NCBI RefSeq assembly: GCF_037042905.1
Contig: NC_087255.1
Location: forward strand, 21,018,001-21,082,000
Origin: Lytechinus pictus
Taxonomy: Eukaryota
Direction of reading: 5' to 3'
DNA length: 64,000 bases
In this document: positions 1-12,646 of the stretch, one piece after another
Position numbering within the stretch: position 1 is the first letter of the stretch
Layout: every line of letters starts with the position of its first letter
Notes under the pieces: generated by a model
Seen by the model: the letters and a program-made list of their open reading frames with translations, nothing else
Databases searched by the model: none
What the model was told of the DNA's origin: nothing
Made by a program: the position numbers and the translations under genes

Positions 1-56
1 GTCCCCCCTCCCCAATTTTTAAGAAAGAAAGAAAGAAAAAAAAGAAAGAAAGAAAG

Positions 57-225
57 AATGTAAATCTATGTAAGGGATCCCTCTGTAAAACAGCGTTGAT
101 ATGTTATCAACGCTGCAGTATAGGGCAATCCCTCCGTCTTTTTAATGATCATTTCTTTGTAATTGTAAATATATATATCGATGTTATAATTTTTAATTGA
201 CAGAAAATAAATACAATACAATACA
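57..225 (+). mobile_element. LINE (CR1/L2-type) 3' end inserted in an (AAAG)n microsatellite
   Basis: Stem-loop CAGCGTTGATA-tgt-TATCAACGCTG, AATAAA and an (ATACA)n tail, with (AAAG)n on both sides (22-56 and 226-290). Confidence 0.55.
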
Positions 226-1167
226 AAGAAAGAAAGAAAGAAAAAAGAAAGAAAGAACGAAAGAAAGAAAGAAGGAGAGAAAGAAGAAAAAATAGACGAT
301 ACAGAATTTCCCTTTAGGCCTATTCAATATAAGACCAAAATATATTTGCCCAAAAAACGTTGGCTATACTTTAGACACAGTGGCGGCACCATGATTTTTA
401 AAATAAGGGTCTAGTGGGGGTAACAGACAAATAAGGAGGTGGGACAGAGGTACACGGGCCTAAGTTATATTTTCATCTGTATCCCAGGTTAGCTTAACAG
501 GATGTGAACTTACTAGCATGATGATACGTGCCTGGATTAATAACATGAAAGAGCTTACCTCATGACAAAAACAACGTTGGAAGAAAACAATAGAAAAAAT
601 GTCAATTTCCATGGACATCGAAATGGTGAGAAAATGTCAAAATTTCGATTACACTTTGATTTCCAACATAAAAATTAATGGCCCATAGATCTTGACTGGT
701 CAATCGAGGGAACCATATATTCACAACGGTTTATTTCTAATTTGGTCTAATGCCAATTATTGTCGAATAACCAACTGGACTACTATCATTTGGCCTACCG
801 TCAATTCGTCCACTATCCACATGGGCTAATTGCATTTCTTCCACTAACCATTTCGTCTAATAATAAGCCATTGATCCAGTAGCCATTTAGTTCATTTATG
901 CCAGTGAGCTTGGTCTAATTGGACTAAATTAAATATTTGAGTGAAATGAAATGAATTAAAATAAGATGGGTATTAGACGGACTGGTTATGACACGAAATG
1001 GTCACAGACGAAGTGATTATTGGACCAAATTATTATTAATGACTGTTAGACGAAATGTTGATGGACGGAATGGCATTAGACTAACCGCCGCATCTGATCC
1101 CACCCTTATACACATAATAATTATCCAGTTGGGCCTACTGACTGTTGATGCAAGCAACATTACACCA

Positions 1168-1398
1168 CACTGTAAAAACTGTGGTGTTAAAACTGACACC
1201 AGTTGGTGTTAATAGAGGGCCACACCCTGAGGTGTTAAAATTACCCCTAGAGATTGAACATAACGCCAAAGAGTGTAAATGTAACAATCAAAGGTGTTGT
1301 AATATAGGTGTTAAACTAACACTGTCAATTTAACACCGATGTAAAATAACTGGTGTGGTCCTCTATGTACACCGGTTAACACCACAGTTTTTGCTGTG
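1168..1398. mobile_element. CAC..GTG MITE, 2-bp TSD (CA)
   Basis: TIR CACTGTAAAAACTGTGGTGTTAA / CACAGCAAAAACTGTGGTGTTAA; internal TAACACC repeats. Confidence 0.85.
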
Positions 1399-1482
1399 CA
1401 CCAATCTACCACCACCACCACCACCGCAGCAGTGTCAGCAACCATCACCAGCAAAATCAGTGGCACCAACATGCTCAACGCT

Positions 1483-1757
1483 CTCGCGTCGTGGTCTATT
1501 TAGTGTTTCTGACTCTTGCCTTTCAAACAGAGGGTCGTGGGTTCAAATCCTAGCCATGGCGTGTTTTCCTTCAGCAAGAAATTTATCCACACTGTGCTGC
1601 ACTCTACCCAGGTGAGGTGAATGGATACCTGGCAAGATTATTTCCTTGCATGCACTGAGCACCGGTGATTGTAGCTCGAGCTAAAGCCAGGGTAATAATA
1701 GCAGCGCTTTGTATCCTCAGGCAAAAAGCGCTTTATAAATTCAGTTATTATTATTAT
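1483..1757 (+). mobile_element. tRNA-derived SINE
   Basis: A-box-like GTGGTCTA, B box GGTTCAAATCC at about 1540, L2-like 3' end AAGCGCTTTATAAAT followed by (TTA)n. Confidence 0.85.
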
Positions 1758-2164
1758 TGAAATGACTGCAGGAATTACCCAGCAGGAAGAAAATTATTTC
1801 AGAAAAGAGATAGAGTCAGTACATAATTATTAACCTTAAAACAATGATAATGATTCGAAAATTATCCTTAAATATGTCAGCGGTGCTTCCGTTTATTGTT
1901 GCTTTCGAAACCCGAGAGCCAGGAGGTTTCCATGGTAACAATCAATCACTATCACAGTCAATGTTACTTGTGGTCATTTAGCATTTTACACTTTTTTGTA
2001 TGATATATAATTTCCAACAAGAAATCTAAAACGGGGGGGGGGGTAATAACATACGTCATACTTCATAAAAATCATGTGGCTGAAAATTATCTCTCAAGCT
2101 TTTATTTTTATGATAATAATGCTGGATAAATATTGTTTTGTCGCATATAGCTTTTTGACAAGTA

Positions 2165-2410
2165 CACTGCAAAAACTCCGGTGTTGATTTAACACCAGCC
2201 TGGAATCTATATATGTCCACACCAGAGAAGCGTGAAATAACACCAGTTTCGTTTTGGTCTAACACCAGATAGGTGTTTATACAACACCAATTAGTATTAA
2301 AATAGCATCGGTTTGATTCCAAACTGGTGTTGTTTCAATACTTCTCTGGTGTGGACATATATAGATTCCGGGCTGCATGGTGTTAAATCAACACCGGAGT
2401 TTTTGCAGTG
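2165..2410. mobile_element. CAC..GTG MITE, 2-bp TSD (TA)
   Basis: About 65-bp near-perfect TIR starting CACTGCAAAAACTCCGGTGTTGATTTAACACCA. Confidence 0.92.
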
Positions 2411-3093
2411 TAATCCCTTTTATCTTTTCGGACACCCTTTTTTACATGACCTTTCTAAAGACCTACATTTTTAGTGTCTTCGTATGAGTTATGGGGTGGT
2501 CTATTTGGAGGTGCACATCTTTGGGTTTCGTTTCGTTTGTTTCTGTCTTTAAATTTTGTTTTGGATTTATTAAGATTACGTTCTTACTTTTTCCATGGTT
2601 ACAATACAAACTGGTCACAAACTCAGTCATACATCGTAAGGTTCCAACTATATGTTCTTTTAAAGGCATAGTTTTACCACATCCATATTGACATAACATC
2701 GAACCTTGGGAACGTTTCATCATCATTTTAAAATGGTTTGTCCGACAAGTTGACAGGTTTGACACCTTTACTTGATTATGATTCGGTGAGAAGCAGTGTT
2801 ACCTTATATAGTAACTGTTGGATAACATGGGACTTGTCGGATAAAACGTCCGACAGGTCATGAAACGCTAGACAGATCATGCGCCCTAACACGCAATGCA
2901 ATATTTTGATCGTGTAGCCTTATGATAAATACTCAATACAATGAAAACATATATATTTATTAATTCATCTTTGAAATTATAAATTTCAGCGATGAACGAA
3001 AGCATTACAATAAATTTTCTTTCGAGATTCTCGTTTTCCTCAGTGATCATTATAAATATATATACCAAACTTCGTAATATATTTCACATTCTT

Positions 3094-3352
3094 CACACTT
3101 AAAATGTTGGGAAACATACTGTCCACTATGTTGGGTAATGTTGGTAAATAAAATATAAAGTATATTACATAATTATGTAGATTCGAATCAGTGATAGGTC
3201 AATGCGCAACTTTATTATTACCCAATTGAGTCAATTTATTACCCAATTATTAGTTTTTATTACCCAATTTGGGCAGATTTTAGTTGTGGGGACAGGATGT
3301 TGCCCAAGGTTGGTTAAAAGTTGGGCATTTTAACCTAACTATTTTAAGAGTG
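3094..3352. mobile_element. CAC..GTG MITE, 2-bp TSD (TT)
   Basis: CACACTTAAAAT / CACTCTTAAAAT ends; internal TTACCCAA repeats. Confidence 0.7.
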
Positions 3353-3390
3353 TTGTATTAAAGGTGTATGCATCAAGACGTCTAGTATTT

Positions 3391-4307
3391 GGCTTCAGTC
3401 ACAACTCAGAGCGGCGATAGACCGATTAGTATCCCGGGGGGGGGGGGTACAAACGCGTGACCAAAAACGCGTTGAAAGGGGTGTTTTGAAAGACTGGTCA
3501 AATTGTCAATCGCGGGGTCAAACTTTTTTTTCTTCTTTTTTTCCAAAGCTTTTTTTAAAGACTAGCCAAACGTGTTTAGGGTATATTTCCCCCCCCCCCC
3601 AAGCTTTTCCCCCGGGGTCATATTCTGGCGACAACTTGTTTAGGGGCCAAAATGTGTAAATAAAGCCCGCGAAAAACTTGTTTAGGGGGTTATAATTTTG
3701 CACACAGAGAAAAAAATCGTTTAGGGATGTTTGGAAATTACTTGGTCACGCGTGTGTACAGCAATATATTTGACTGGCCCCCCGGGTTAGTATCCTGCTC
3801 GGGTGCTGGAATTTGGGCATCGCCCAACGATTTTTGTAGAAGTCGAGCGGGCTGATGAGGTGGCCGAGCAGTGCCCTGTGGATTACTCATGGCCAAATCC
3901 CAAATCTGGGTCAAATCCCGGGAACTTTTCTGTTTGGCGTCCTATCCGAGCAGTGATCGGCTGAGAACCTACTGATTCCCGGACGGTCTCTCATCGGCCA
4001 CCGGCTACTTTTAAGTAATCGCACGGCCGATCTTGTATTCGCCGCGATCTCTCAGCGGCCGGTGACCGCTCGACAGACTTTGAGCACACGAGTTCAATAT
4101 TTGACCTATAAATCCTTCGACGGCGACCGCTCGATTGCATCGGCGCCCGGACGGCGACTATCCGGGCGCCGAACGTATTTAAATTGAGCGGCGACCGAGC
4201 GATGCCCCCAAACCATTCATTGGTGCCCGGGCAAAATTGGCTAAAAACTCGCGCCGCCCGGTCGCCGAGCATGCTAAATTTGGGGGTTAATTATTGTGAC
4301 CATAGCC
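3391..4307. mobile_element. GC-rich Harbinger-like non-autonomous element interrupted by a CCCGGG-ended element
   Basis: Ends GGCTTCAGTCACAA / TTGTGACCATAGCC; CpG-rich interior. Confidence 0.55.
3433..3786. mobile_element. CCCGGG-ended DNA element with 7-bp TSD
   Basis: TTAGTAT duplicated at 3426-3432 and 3787-3793; ends CCCGGGGGG / CCCCCCGGG. Confidence 0.85.
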
Positions 4308-4969
4308 TAAACTAGTACATGAGTTTATAACAGGACCCCTTCCACTCTGCACTGACTTTCTTGGATTACAGTAGCCCTTTAAATAGTTTTAATGACATGT
4401 TTTTGCCTTTAACTTGATGTTTATTTAAACTTGATTTCTCTGGTCGTTACATCTAGACATTGTTATCTACGGCAGACTATTAGAAAAAAAAAGACCTTGT
4501 TCAATATCCAAATGGTTGCTGCAAACAAAGGAAATAGAAAGTAACCTGTACAAGCATAAAACAGGATATGGCCTTCCCTAAACCCTTTCGAAAGATAGGG
4601 CCCCGAAAAACATCCATGATTCCATTTGGCAGTCACATCAACAAAATTTATTACATATCGAACAAGCTTTGTGTACACTTTTTAAATGTTGCTGTAGTGA
4701 TCGGATGTGGAGATGGTATCTTTAGTGTGTCAGAACCATATCGATAATATTTGTAGGCCTTGTTTTTCCACTTGAGCTTTCGATGAAAGGGAGGTTTTTC
4801 GTAGGATTATTTTGATGAGTAATCAAATGTGCATGTGAACCAGAATAAATAGATGAAGAATAATTTTTTTTTGGTCTTAATAATCTTGGCTTCTATTTGC
4901 AATGATTTAACTGATCTTCGCCACCAACCCTACTATTCCCTGTTGTAATGGGACTGGGGGCTTGGGGCA

Positions 4970-5133
4970 NNNNNNNNNNNNNNNNNNNNNNNNNNNNNNN
5001 NNNNNNNNNNNNNNNNNNNNNNNNNNNNNNNNNNNNNNNNNNNNNNNNNNNNNNNNNNNNNNNNNNNNNNNNNNNNNNNNNNNNNNNNNNNNNNNNNNNN
5101 NNNNNNNNNNNNNNNNNNNNNNNNNNNNNNNNN
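4970..5133. other. Assembly gap (N)
   Basis: Run of N. Confidence 1.
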
Positions 5134-6299
5134 ATGAGGGAAAATAGAAAAGAAAAGAAAAGGAAAATAAAGGTGAAATTATGACATAACTTTTAAAACA
5201 GTATGTCAAATTATTACAAATTTGATTTTCATTTTAAAAAAAGATAACCTTTTGAATGAATTTGCCCAATACGCCAAGTTGTGCCTCCTCAAAATCATTG
5301 GCTCATTAAACAGCTACTCTCTTACAAATGGGGGGGGGGGGGGGCTTACTGCCTACCAAAAGTGTAACATTTTTTGGGGGGGAGGGGGTGGGGTTAAGTT
5401 CTTGTAATTTAGTGTTTTAAATCATGAATTAGGCCGATTCGTCTATACAATCAAGTTCATATCAGAATAAATTTATCAATTGTAAATAGAAAACTTAAAT
5501 TTTTGGCTCCCTAATTTGTTTTCCCTCATTAAGTCATTGTTGACTAAAGATCGCGAGCTTTTCGAAGTAACGGAAACGATCAAATAAGGGAAATATTTAA
5601 TTCAGCATTGTCATGGTAATGGAAAGTGTGAAGAATTAGATGTTAAAATTATACTTTTCCAATTGGCGGGCGCAACCCTCAACTCCCTTGCAGGGGCGGC
5701 GGAGCGAAGTTGAAAGTGGGGGGCACTGGGAAAAAAAATCAAAGAAAAAAAAGGACTTATTATTTACAGTGGTGTAATGAGCCCAAAATTTGGGGGGGGG
5801 GGCTAGAAATGACGTATCACATACATTCATAAGAAGCTGAGAGAGAGCGAAGCGAGCAAGCAAAAATTTTGACATTTTACAAGAAAAAACAATTTTGTGA
5901 TAGATGTTGACATAATATTTAAAAAAATAATATTATATTTTACCCTTCTCTCTTTCCTTTTCTCTGTCTTGATTGTGTCTTTTGGGGGGAGGGCTTCCCC
6001 CCCCCCCCCCATCTGTACCATAGGCGGCGGAAGCGGGGGGACGGGAGTCCGGCCGGTCCCCCCTAAATTTTGGTTGATAACCTTTTTTTTTTTGCTTCTC
6101 AATTTTTTTACCTGTGTCCATTCCAAAATTTTAGATAAACCCCCTCCGCCTTCATTTTTTGGCTTCCGCCGCCAATGATCTGTACGCCACTGCTTATCTT
6201 CCCCACTCACATGACTCGTAAAACTTTAGGCACGAAGGGTTATTCTTACAACTTTTTTCCTTCATAAGTAGTAACATATAAAAATAAGATTATTGTTTT

Positions 6300-6720
6300 C
6301 TTGTTTCAAAGGGGCACTCATTAAAACATAAAACGGGTCCTTCCCAGGTGAAAGGGGCACAGAACATGTTCGTTATTGGTACTTTTCTTTGGTGAAAAGG
6401 GGTACTGATACGAGAAAGGGCACCTATAAGAAGGCAAAGGGGCACTTGCTAACGGCATAAAACGGATCCTTTTCAGGTGAAATTGGCACAGAACACGTTC
6501 GAGAGGGGGCATTTTTGTATAAAAAAAGGCACTTATACGAGAAAGGGCACTTGGTAACACCTAAATCGGGTCCTCCTCAGGTGAAAGGGAAACATTACAC
6601 TTTTATGAGGGGATATTTTTTTTCTTGCATAAAAAGGGCACTTTTTCAGTACTTCAATAAGTGGGGGCACTGTGCTCCCGCCCTCCCCCCGGATCGCCGC
6701 CCCAAACAAGTGCCCCCATA
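6300..6720. repeat. Array of AAAGGGGCAC subterminal-type repeats (DNA transposon end fragment)
   Basis: About 9 copies of (A)AAGGG(G)CAC, with a roughly 120-bp higher-order period. Confidence 0.6.
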
Positions 6721-8855
6721 GCATCCCATCTGTAACCTATGCTAGTCGATGTCACTAACCTCACTTGCTTCTCGATCTTCTGCTCGGAATATGAACAATA
6801 TTGGATTATCTTCATCCAGTTTAGTATTTACAAAGAAGTACGATAATCATCGTGATTATGAAAATGGAAGTAAAATAATGAAAGCAACTATAAATAAAAT
6901 GGTTGGTGTCATTAACCTCGCCCCTAAATTCTCAAAGTGTTATCAATGCCACTGTGTATTTAAGCTCTACTCGGAATACGAACAATAAACCGCTCTTCAG
7001 TTTTGTATTTACATAAAAAGTACAATGAGAGCACATCCTGACAGAACGTCCTAAATTTAACTCTAGAGGCCTTGGAGTCTAACCGCTGATATTGTAATAA
7101 TCGATAGGTTTCACAGAAGGCGGACTGGCGCCATCATTCGACGACGAAGGGTCATGACACCGCATTAGTCTTTGATGCTTACTCCTTTAATCAATAATTA
7201 AAACACAACGAGAGTGTGTCGATATAGGCCTACTAATGTGAGTAATGATAAATCAGTGATGAATTATATATTTTCTGCATGTTCAGGCTACTTTGAAGAA
7301 TACATTAATCTGAGCAGCATTTTGGTAATAATTGAGTTCGAAATAGGGTATGATATTTTCTGTAACTTATCTCATTTCTGGTGCAGTACGTAAACCAAAG
7401 CCTCGTGTAAAACTGTCGAAGATTTTTATATTGTTATTTTTCCCATCCAAGCTTCCCATTATTGTTTTCTGTAAAATTAAGGCAACACGGCTATTATAAG
7501 CTGTCATACGCGTCCATGACAGTGGTGCCTCGAAACTGGCAAAAAAAATGATTTAAAAAAGTCACAAACAAAAATACACGGATTCGTGCGGTATGGTGTG
7601 TGATATCTCGTGTCAGTGCCCTATTTGTGGTCACGACTCGAGTAGACAGAGTAAATTGAACTGAGTTCAAATTTTCACAATGATGTTTGCATTCGATGCA
7701 AATGAGGTGAATTTCTGGGAAATATTGTTTAGCAAAGTGTGATCCTAATATGCCATGTGTGAATATCAAATCGATATATCTCGTGCTTCGTTTATAATTA
7801 CGGTATTGTCAAAGAAAATGGGTTCGTTGTTTTCGAGCTGAAGGCTATACTAATGCCTGGATTTCGAATTAAATCGCAGGGTCACTGACAGCTAAAGGAA
7901 TCGACCCTCGTCCTTCTGATATTCTGAAAGATAATTAAGGACTATTCCAAGTAAAATGAATCACCATTCGTTGATTGATTACCATTTCTCTTTCTCCCCC
8001 TTTTTATTTCAAAATTCATTAAATGAGTATAACCCAAATCCAAACGCTTTTATCCCCACGTGCATGATAACATGTTAATGATAATAATTATACTCTTTTT
8101 TTATTCATAGCGCTTAATAAAATCATGATCTGCGTGTTTATATTATTGATTTTAAAAATGCTTAAGACATTGTATTCATATTATGTGTTTCCCTTTTCGT
8201 TTCTTGTATTTAGGCCTGAAAAATATAGACCATAACTAAAAGTATGCTCCTATATTCACCTGCACTTTATCATAAAAGTAACTAGACCTATATAATTGAA
8301 AGAAAATGAAAAGAATTACATATTCGGCCTATGTGTCAATTCTATTCAGTAGGCTTACTGCAATACTAAACAGCAGCAATATCACCAAGAACACGTATTT
8401 TTTTGTCGATGTCTGCTATTCCATTGCCGGCTGAAATAATCTAAATGACTTAATTTGCAAATTTTGATAGAAATCCCATGCATGCGCAGGTGTGGGGACA
8501 AAAGTATTTCATGTCAAGATTATCAACTCCAAAAGTTGGCCCTACATTTTTCTCCCATGCAGAAAATCGGTTGGGGCGCATGAGGACCGAGGAACCGGGG
8601 AGAGCGGGGGGGGGGGGGGGGTGTACAGGAGGTTCTGTGTAGGTTATACAGCACCACCTTGGAAGCCAGGTCGGTATGCTAAAATGTAGAAATTTGAACA
8701 AAAGCACCTTCATTTTGGAGCTTAACCCCCTTTTTTGCCTTTCGATTTTTTTTGTTCGGACCAAACTCGCCTTCCCGGCTCACCTTCATTTCGGATTGAA
8801 AACCTTTTTTATTTGACCTTGTCTACCCCCCCCCCTCCACATCACCACCCCCTCT

Positions 8856-10236
8856 CAGTGGCGTAGCTAGGATTTTTTTCACGGGGGGGGCACTGGGGGG
8901 TCCTTGCTTTTTCAGGGGGGGCACCGGCCATTTTTCCGGTGTGTGTGTGTGTATGTGTCACAAGGGCGGATCCGACTTTCGCCATTAGGGGATGGGGCCC
9001 GAAATTATCTTCACCTGTCAGTCACTTCTTAGTTTTATTCTTATAAAACAACATAAACATGAAATAATCTCATAAGCCTTATAAAAAGTGCGAGCGCGAA
9101 GCGCGAGCGATTTTTTTTTTTTTTACTTTCATGTATTTTTTCCTGAAAATTTAATTTTCTGGGCAATGTTATGTGTGATCCTGAACAAGATTCGTATGTA
9201 ACTAGATGGTTACTGCGAACGCCAAGCGTGAACAGAAATTTTTATCAACTGTTCTAGCATTATCGAAAAGGACTGCTTAAGGACTGCTTACAGTTACCCA
9301 CGAAGACGGTATATATTTCAATAATGCGAGCGCGAAGCGCGAGCAAATTTTTTGACATTCCGACCTAAAAAATTGTCTTTCTAAGCACTTTTTGTATTAA
9401 TAAATGGAGTAGATATGTAACTAAATAATTGATGCGAGCGCGAAGCGCGAGAGGAAGAAATTTTAAAATTGAGATTTTAGACCTAAAAGCGGGACACTTT
9501 ATTCATATTTTGTAAATCATAAATAGAATATAGTCAATTGGGTATAATTAATAATGCGATTGTGAAGCGTGAGTAGACGATTATTGATATTCTGATGTGA
9601 AACTGGATAATTTAAGTACATTTTAAATAAAGAACATGCAGGCTATCGCGCATGTTTTAGATTTAGACCTAGAATCTGGGCATTCTGAATACATTTGTTT
9701 AATGGAACATTATGGAATACAATATGAACTTGGCAAATCAAACAATGTGACCGCGCAGCGTGAGCTTAAAATGCTGATATGTAGACCATAAAACGGACCG
9801 ATTTCACAGAGCACTTAAATTTGTAAATGAAAAAAAAATAATGAAAGCTCGATGTCCGAGCTAAAATATGTTTTGCATATTGACTTCAAAACTTGCTCCA
9901 TATCAGCCTATTGAGCAAGATATGAATCTCATCGAACAGGCAATTCTGGCGCGAAGCGCCAGCAAAAATTTTATATAGTAACATGAAAAGATTTGTTTTT
10001 TAATTGCAAGTCTTCCCCTCACATTATTTCATTCACTCGTCTTCCTCCTCTTATTTTCCTCTTCTTTTTTTTCTTCTGTCTTTCTTCTTCTTTTCCTTTT
10101 TCTTTTCTTCTTTCTCCCTTTTTTTTTTTTTTTTTTTTTGCTCTGCCAATTTTTTCTGGGGGGGCACCTGGGGGGGCACACCAAATCTCAGGGGGGGGCA
10201 CGTGCCCCCCCAGGCCCCCCCGTAGCTACGCCACTG
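8856..10236. mobile_element. hAT-like non-autonomous element, 8-bp TSD
   Basis: TIR CAGTGGCGTAGCTA / TAGCTACGCCACTG; TSD CCCCCTCT at 8848-8855 and 10237-10244. Confidence 0.9.
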
Positions 10237-12479
10237 CCCCCTCTTGATTAACAAATCGTTCCCAGGCCCTTTCGGGGGGGGGGGGCTGGCTTCAAAGAAA
10301 AAAATTATACCATTTGATCGTGATTTTTTTTTTTGAATGATCAGTCCCCTCCCCCCCCCCTTATTTTAACACCGTGCCGCGGCCCCTAATGCGGGGGCAC
10401 GGTACGGGACACCACCCTAAATCTGGATCCGCCTCTGGAATATTGCACTAACATCTCTCTATTTCCGATCGTTTCCCTTCTTTTTTTTTTCCTGTCCAGG
10501 TACCATAATGTTTTGTATATCGAACAAGTCGTTTCCATGGAAACGGAACGTATCGTATTACAGCGAGGTCGACCGGTTAGTTCACTTGTTTGGATCTGAC
10601 CCATTTTATCAGGGGCCAAGGACCAGAGAATTCAATGTGATGTAAGGTAGGTATTTTTCTCATGGCAAAATGATGGGTGCATGCAATGAATGATTTGCCG
10701 AATGAACTACAAGTTTTTGACGAAGACAAGAAGCATGCCACGTAGGCCTTTTTATGCTGGTTTGATAACGATAATTGAAAAAAAGAAAATTACATCATGA
10801 GCGCCCCCCCCCTTCTGGGTCTGAAAGAGTAGCGTGAAATTTGAGGGGGCCTGGCTGGCGTATGGTCAAAATTTCTTTTAAAAAGCTGTGAATGAGCGAA
10901 GCAAACAAGCAACATTTTTGACCTTTTAAAACAAAAATCTCTAATTTGGTGATAGATTTTGACACGATATTCATCAAATATTGTTTTACTTCATCCATTT
11001 TCCTTTTCTTTTATTTTCATTTCTCTTTTTTTCTGAGCCATGACTTTTTAAAATTCATTTATATGTTTTTATTTATTTATTTGCATTATTATTATTATTT
11101 TTTTTTTTTTTGGGGGGGGGTCCTGTCTGAACGCCAGTGGTATGTAGTGTTATTGTATGAGATTTTGGAAGGTGTTATGAAAGATGACGATTGCTGATTT
11201 CGAAACCATTATTGTACACAGCATCAACATTATTGTTATTCCCCGATCTATTTATAAACCCCGATGACAAACAATCATTATTTTCCAAGCAGCTATATTG
11301 ATCTTGTACAGGTTGATAAATGATTGGAATTGTGTTTTCACGCATGCTCTTATAATAATAGTTCTGAGATGAATCATCGAATGCAGTGGTTCTCTCTCTC
11401 TCTCTTATTATTTGTATAAAAAATAACAAAAATAATAATGAGGAATTACTGTCCCAGCTCGAGGTCAGCGATTTAGAGTCCGGGAAAGATTTATATAATA
11501 TGGAAAAATCTCAATTGTTTCTGTTTTCTTGGAAAAGAAAATAGATTTGGTATAAACAAGTTGAGTATTTTGTCAGCCCTCCAAAAATAGGTGATCTTCC
11601 CCGTGATCTTCAGAGCCTATGAGAGTTGGAGAGGGGGGGGGGGGGTGACATGAGGTCATGATTCTATTTATATGTCAGATCACATGATTTCTTTGTAAGA
11701 AGCCGGAGTCTTATCCATCATGGTAAACATTTCGAAAAACTGATTTTATTTTTGGCAAATGAGCTGCTACGTAAAAAAAAAGAAAAGAATAATCCGACAG
11801 TCTGCATGGTATCACTGTGTGTGTGTTTTTTTTAATCGGTTTGATATTTATGCTTTTCAGTCATGTTTTAATTTTAATTTTCATTCACTTTCGACACTAC
11901 ATATTTTGTTTATATTTTTTACGAAACGCCTCTTAGTTTTAGGCCGATTGGCTGTCAAAATATATATTTACCTTAAACACTCAGTATTATTAATAATAAT
12001 ACATATAGCATGCACTCTCCATCTGAATTTAATATATGCTCAAGGCGCTTCAGTGCAAATCGCAGAAACGGAGAAAGAAATATTATAACAGTGGGTTATT
12101 ATATAGCTCTATATAGCTAAATAGGTGCTACCAGTTTGATTTCCATGATTGTTTCTTTTTTTTTCTTTAGTGCAGAAGCACATAAAATATATTTTTGTGG
12201 TGAGAAAGGAAGAGAATCTGAGTGGTTAGTCTGAGTTTTGTTTTGGATGTAGATGTCAGTCATGCCTATAAATAGACCACGTGATACATTTTACAGATTC
12301 CTCTGGTATTTGATTCGCTCACTCTGAATTCTCAACCGATGTTTTCATAAAAAACAGAGGCTGTCATCAAATATAAAACTCCCATTCCAAACCAAAAAAT
12401 AACTCGTAAATATTGTGATTTTTCATGATTATTTTTCAATAAAAACAAAATTATTAGAAATAATTTATGTTGCCTATTG

Positions 12480-12646
12480 CACTCTAAAAAAAAGTATATC
12501 AAGGAGATAAAAAGTGATATCTCCTTGAAACTTACCCTTTAAACTTGCATTTTGCCCAATATTGGGGAAAAATTACACAGCACACATGCTTGTTCCCTTT
12601 CTACCCAATAATTGTGTAAATGTTTTACTCTTCTTTTTTTAGAGTG
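12480..12646. mobile_element. CAC..GTG MITE, 2-bp TSD (TG)
   Basis: CACTCTAAAAAAA at both ends in inverted orientation. Confidence 0.75.

Noticed and set aside
1483-1560. tRNA-like sequence
   Set aside because: It is the head of a SINE, with a body, a tail and a second related copy at 34518-34692.
4907-5209. ORFs spanning N runs (also 36197-36495)
   Set aside because: Artefacts of assembly gaps.
9993-10254. Poly-Phe/poly-Lys ORFs (also 5827-6210, 37134-37478, 55155-55461)
   Set aside because: Translations of low-complexity purine/pyrimidine tracts, mostly within repeats.
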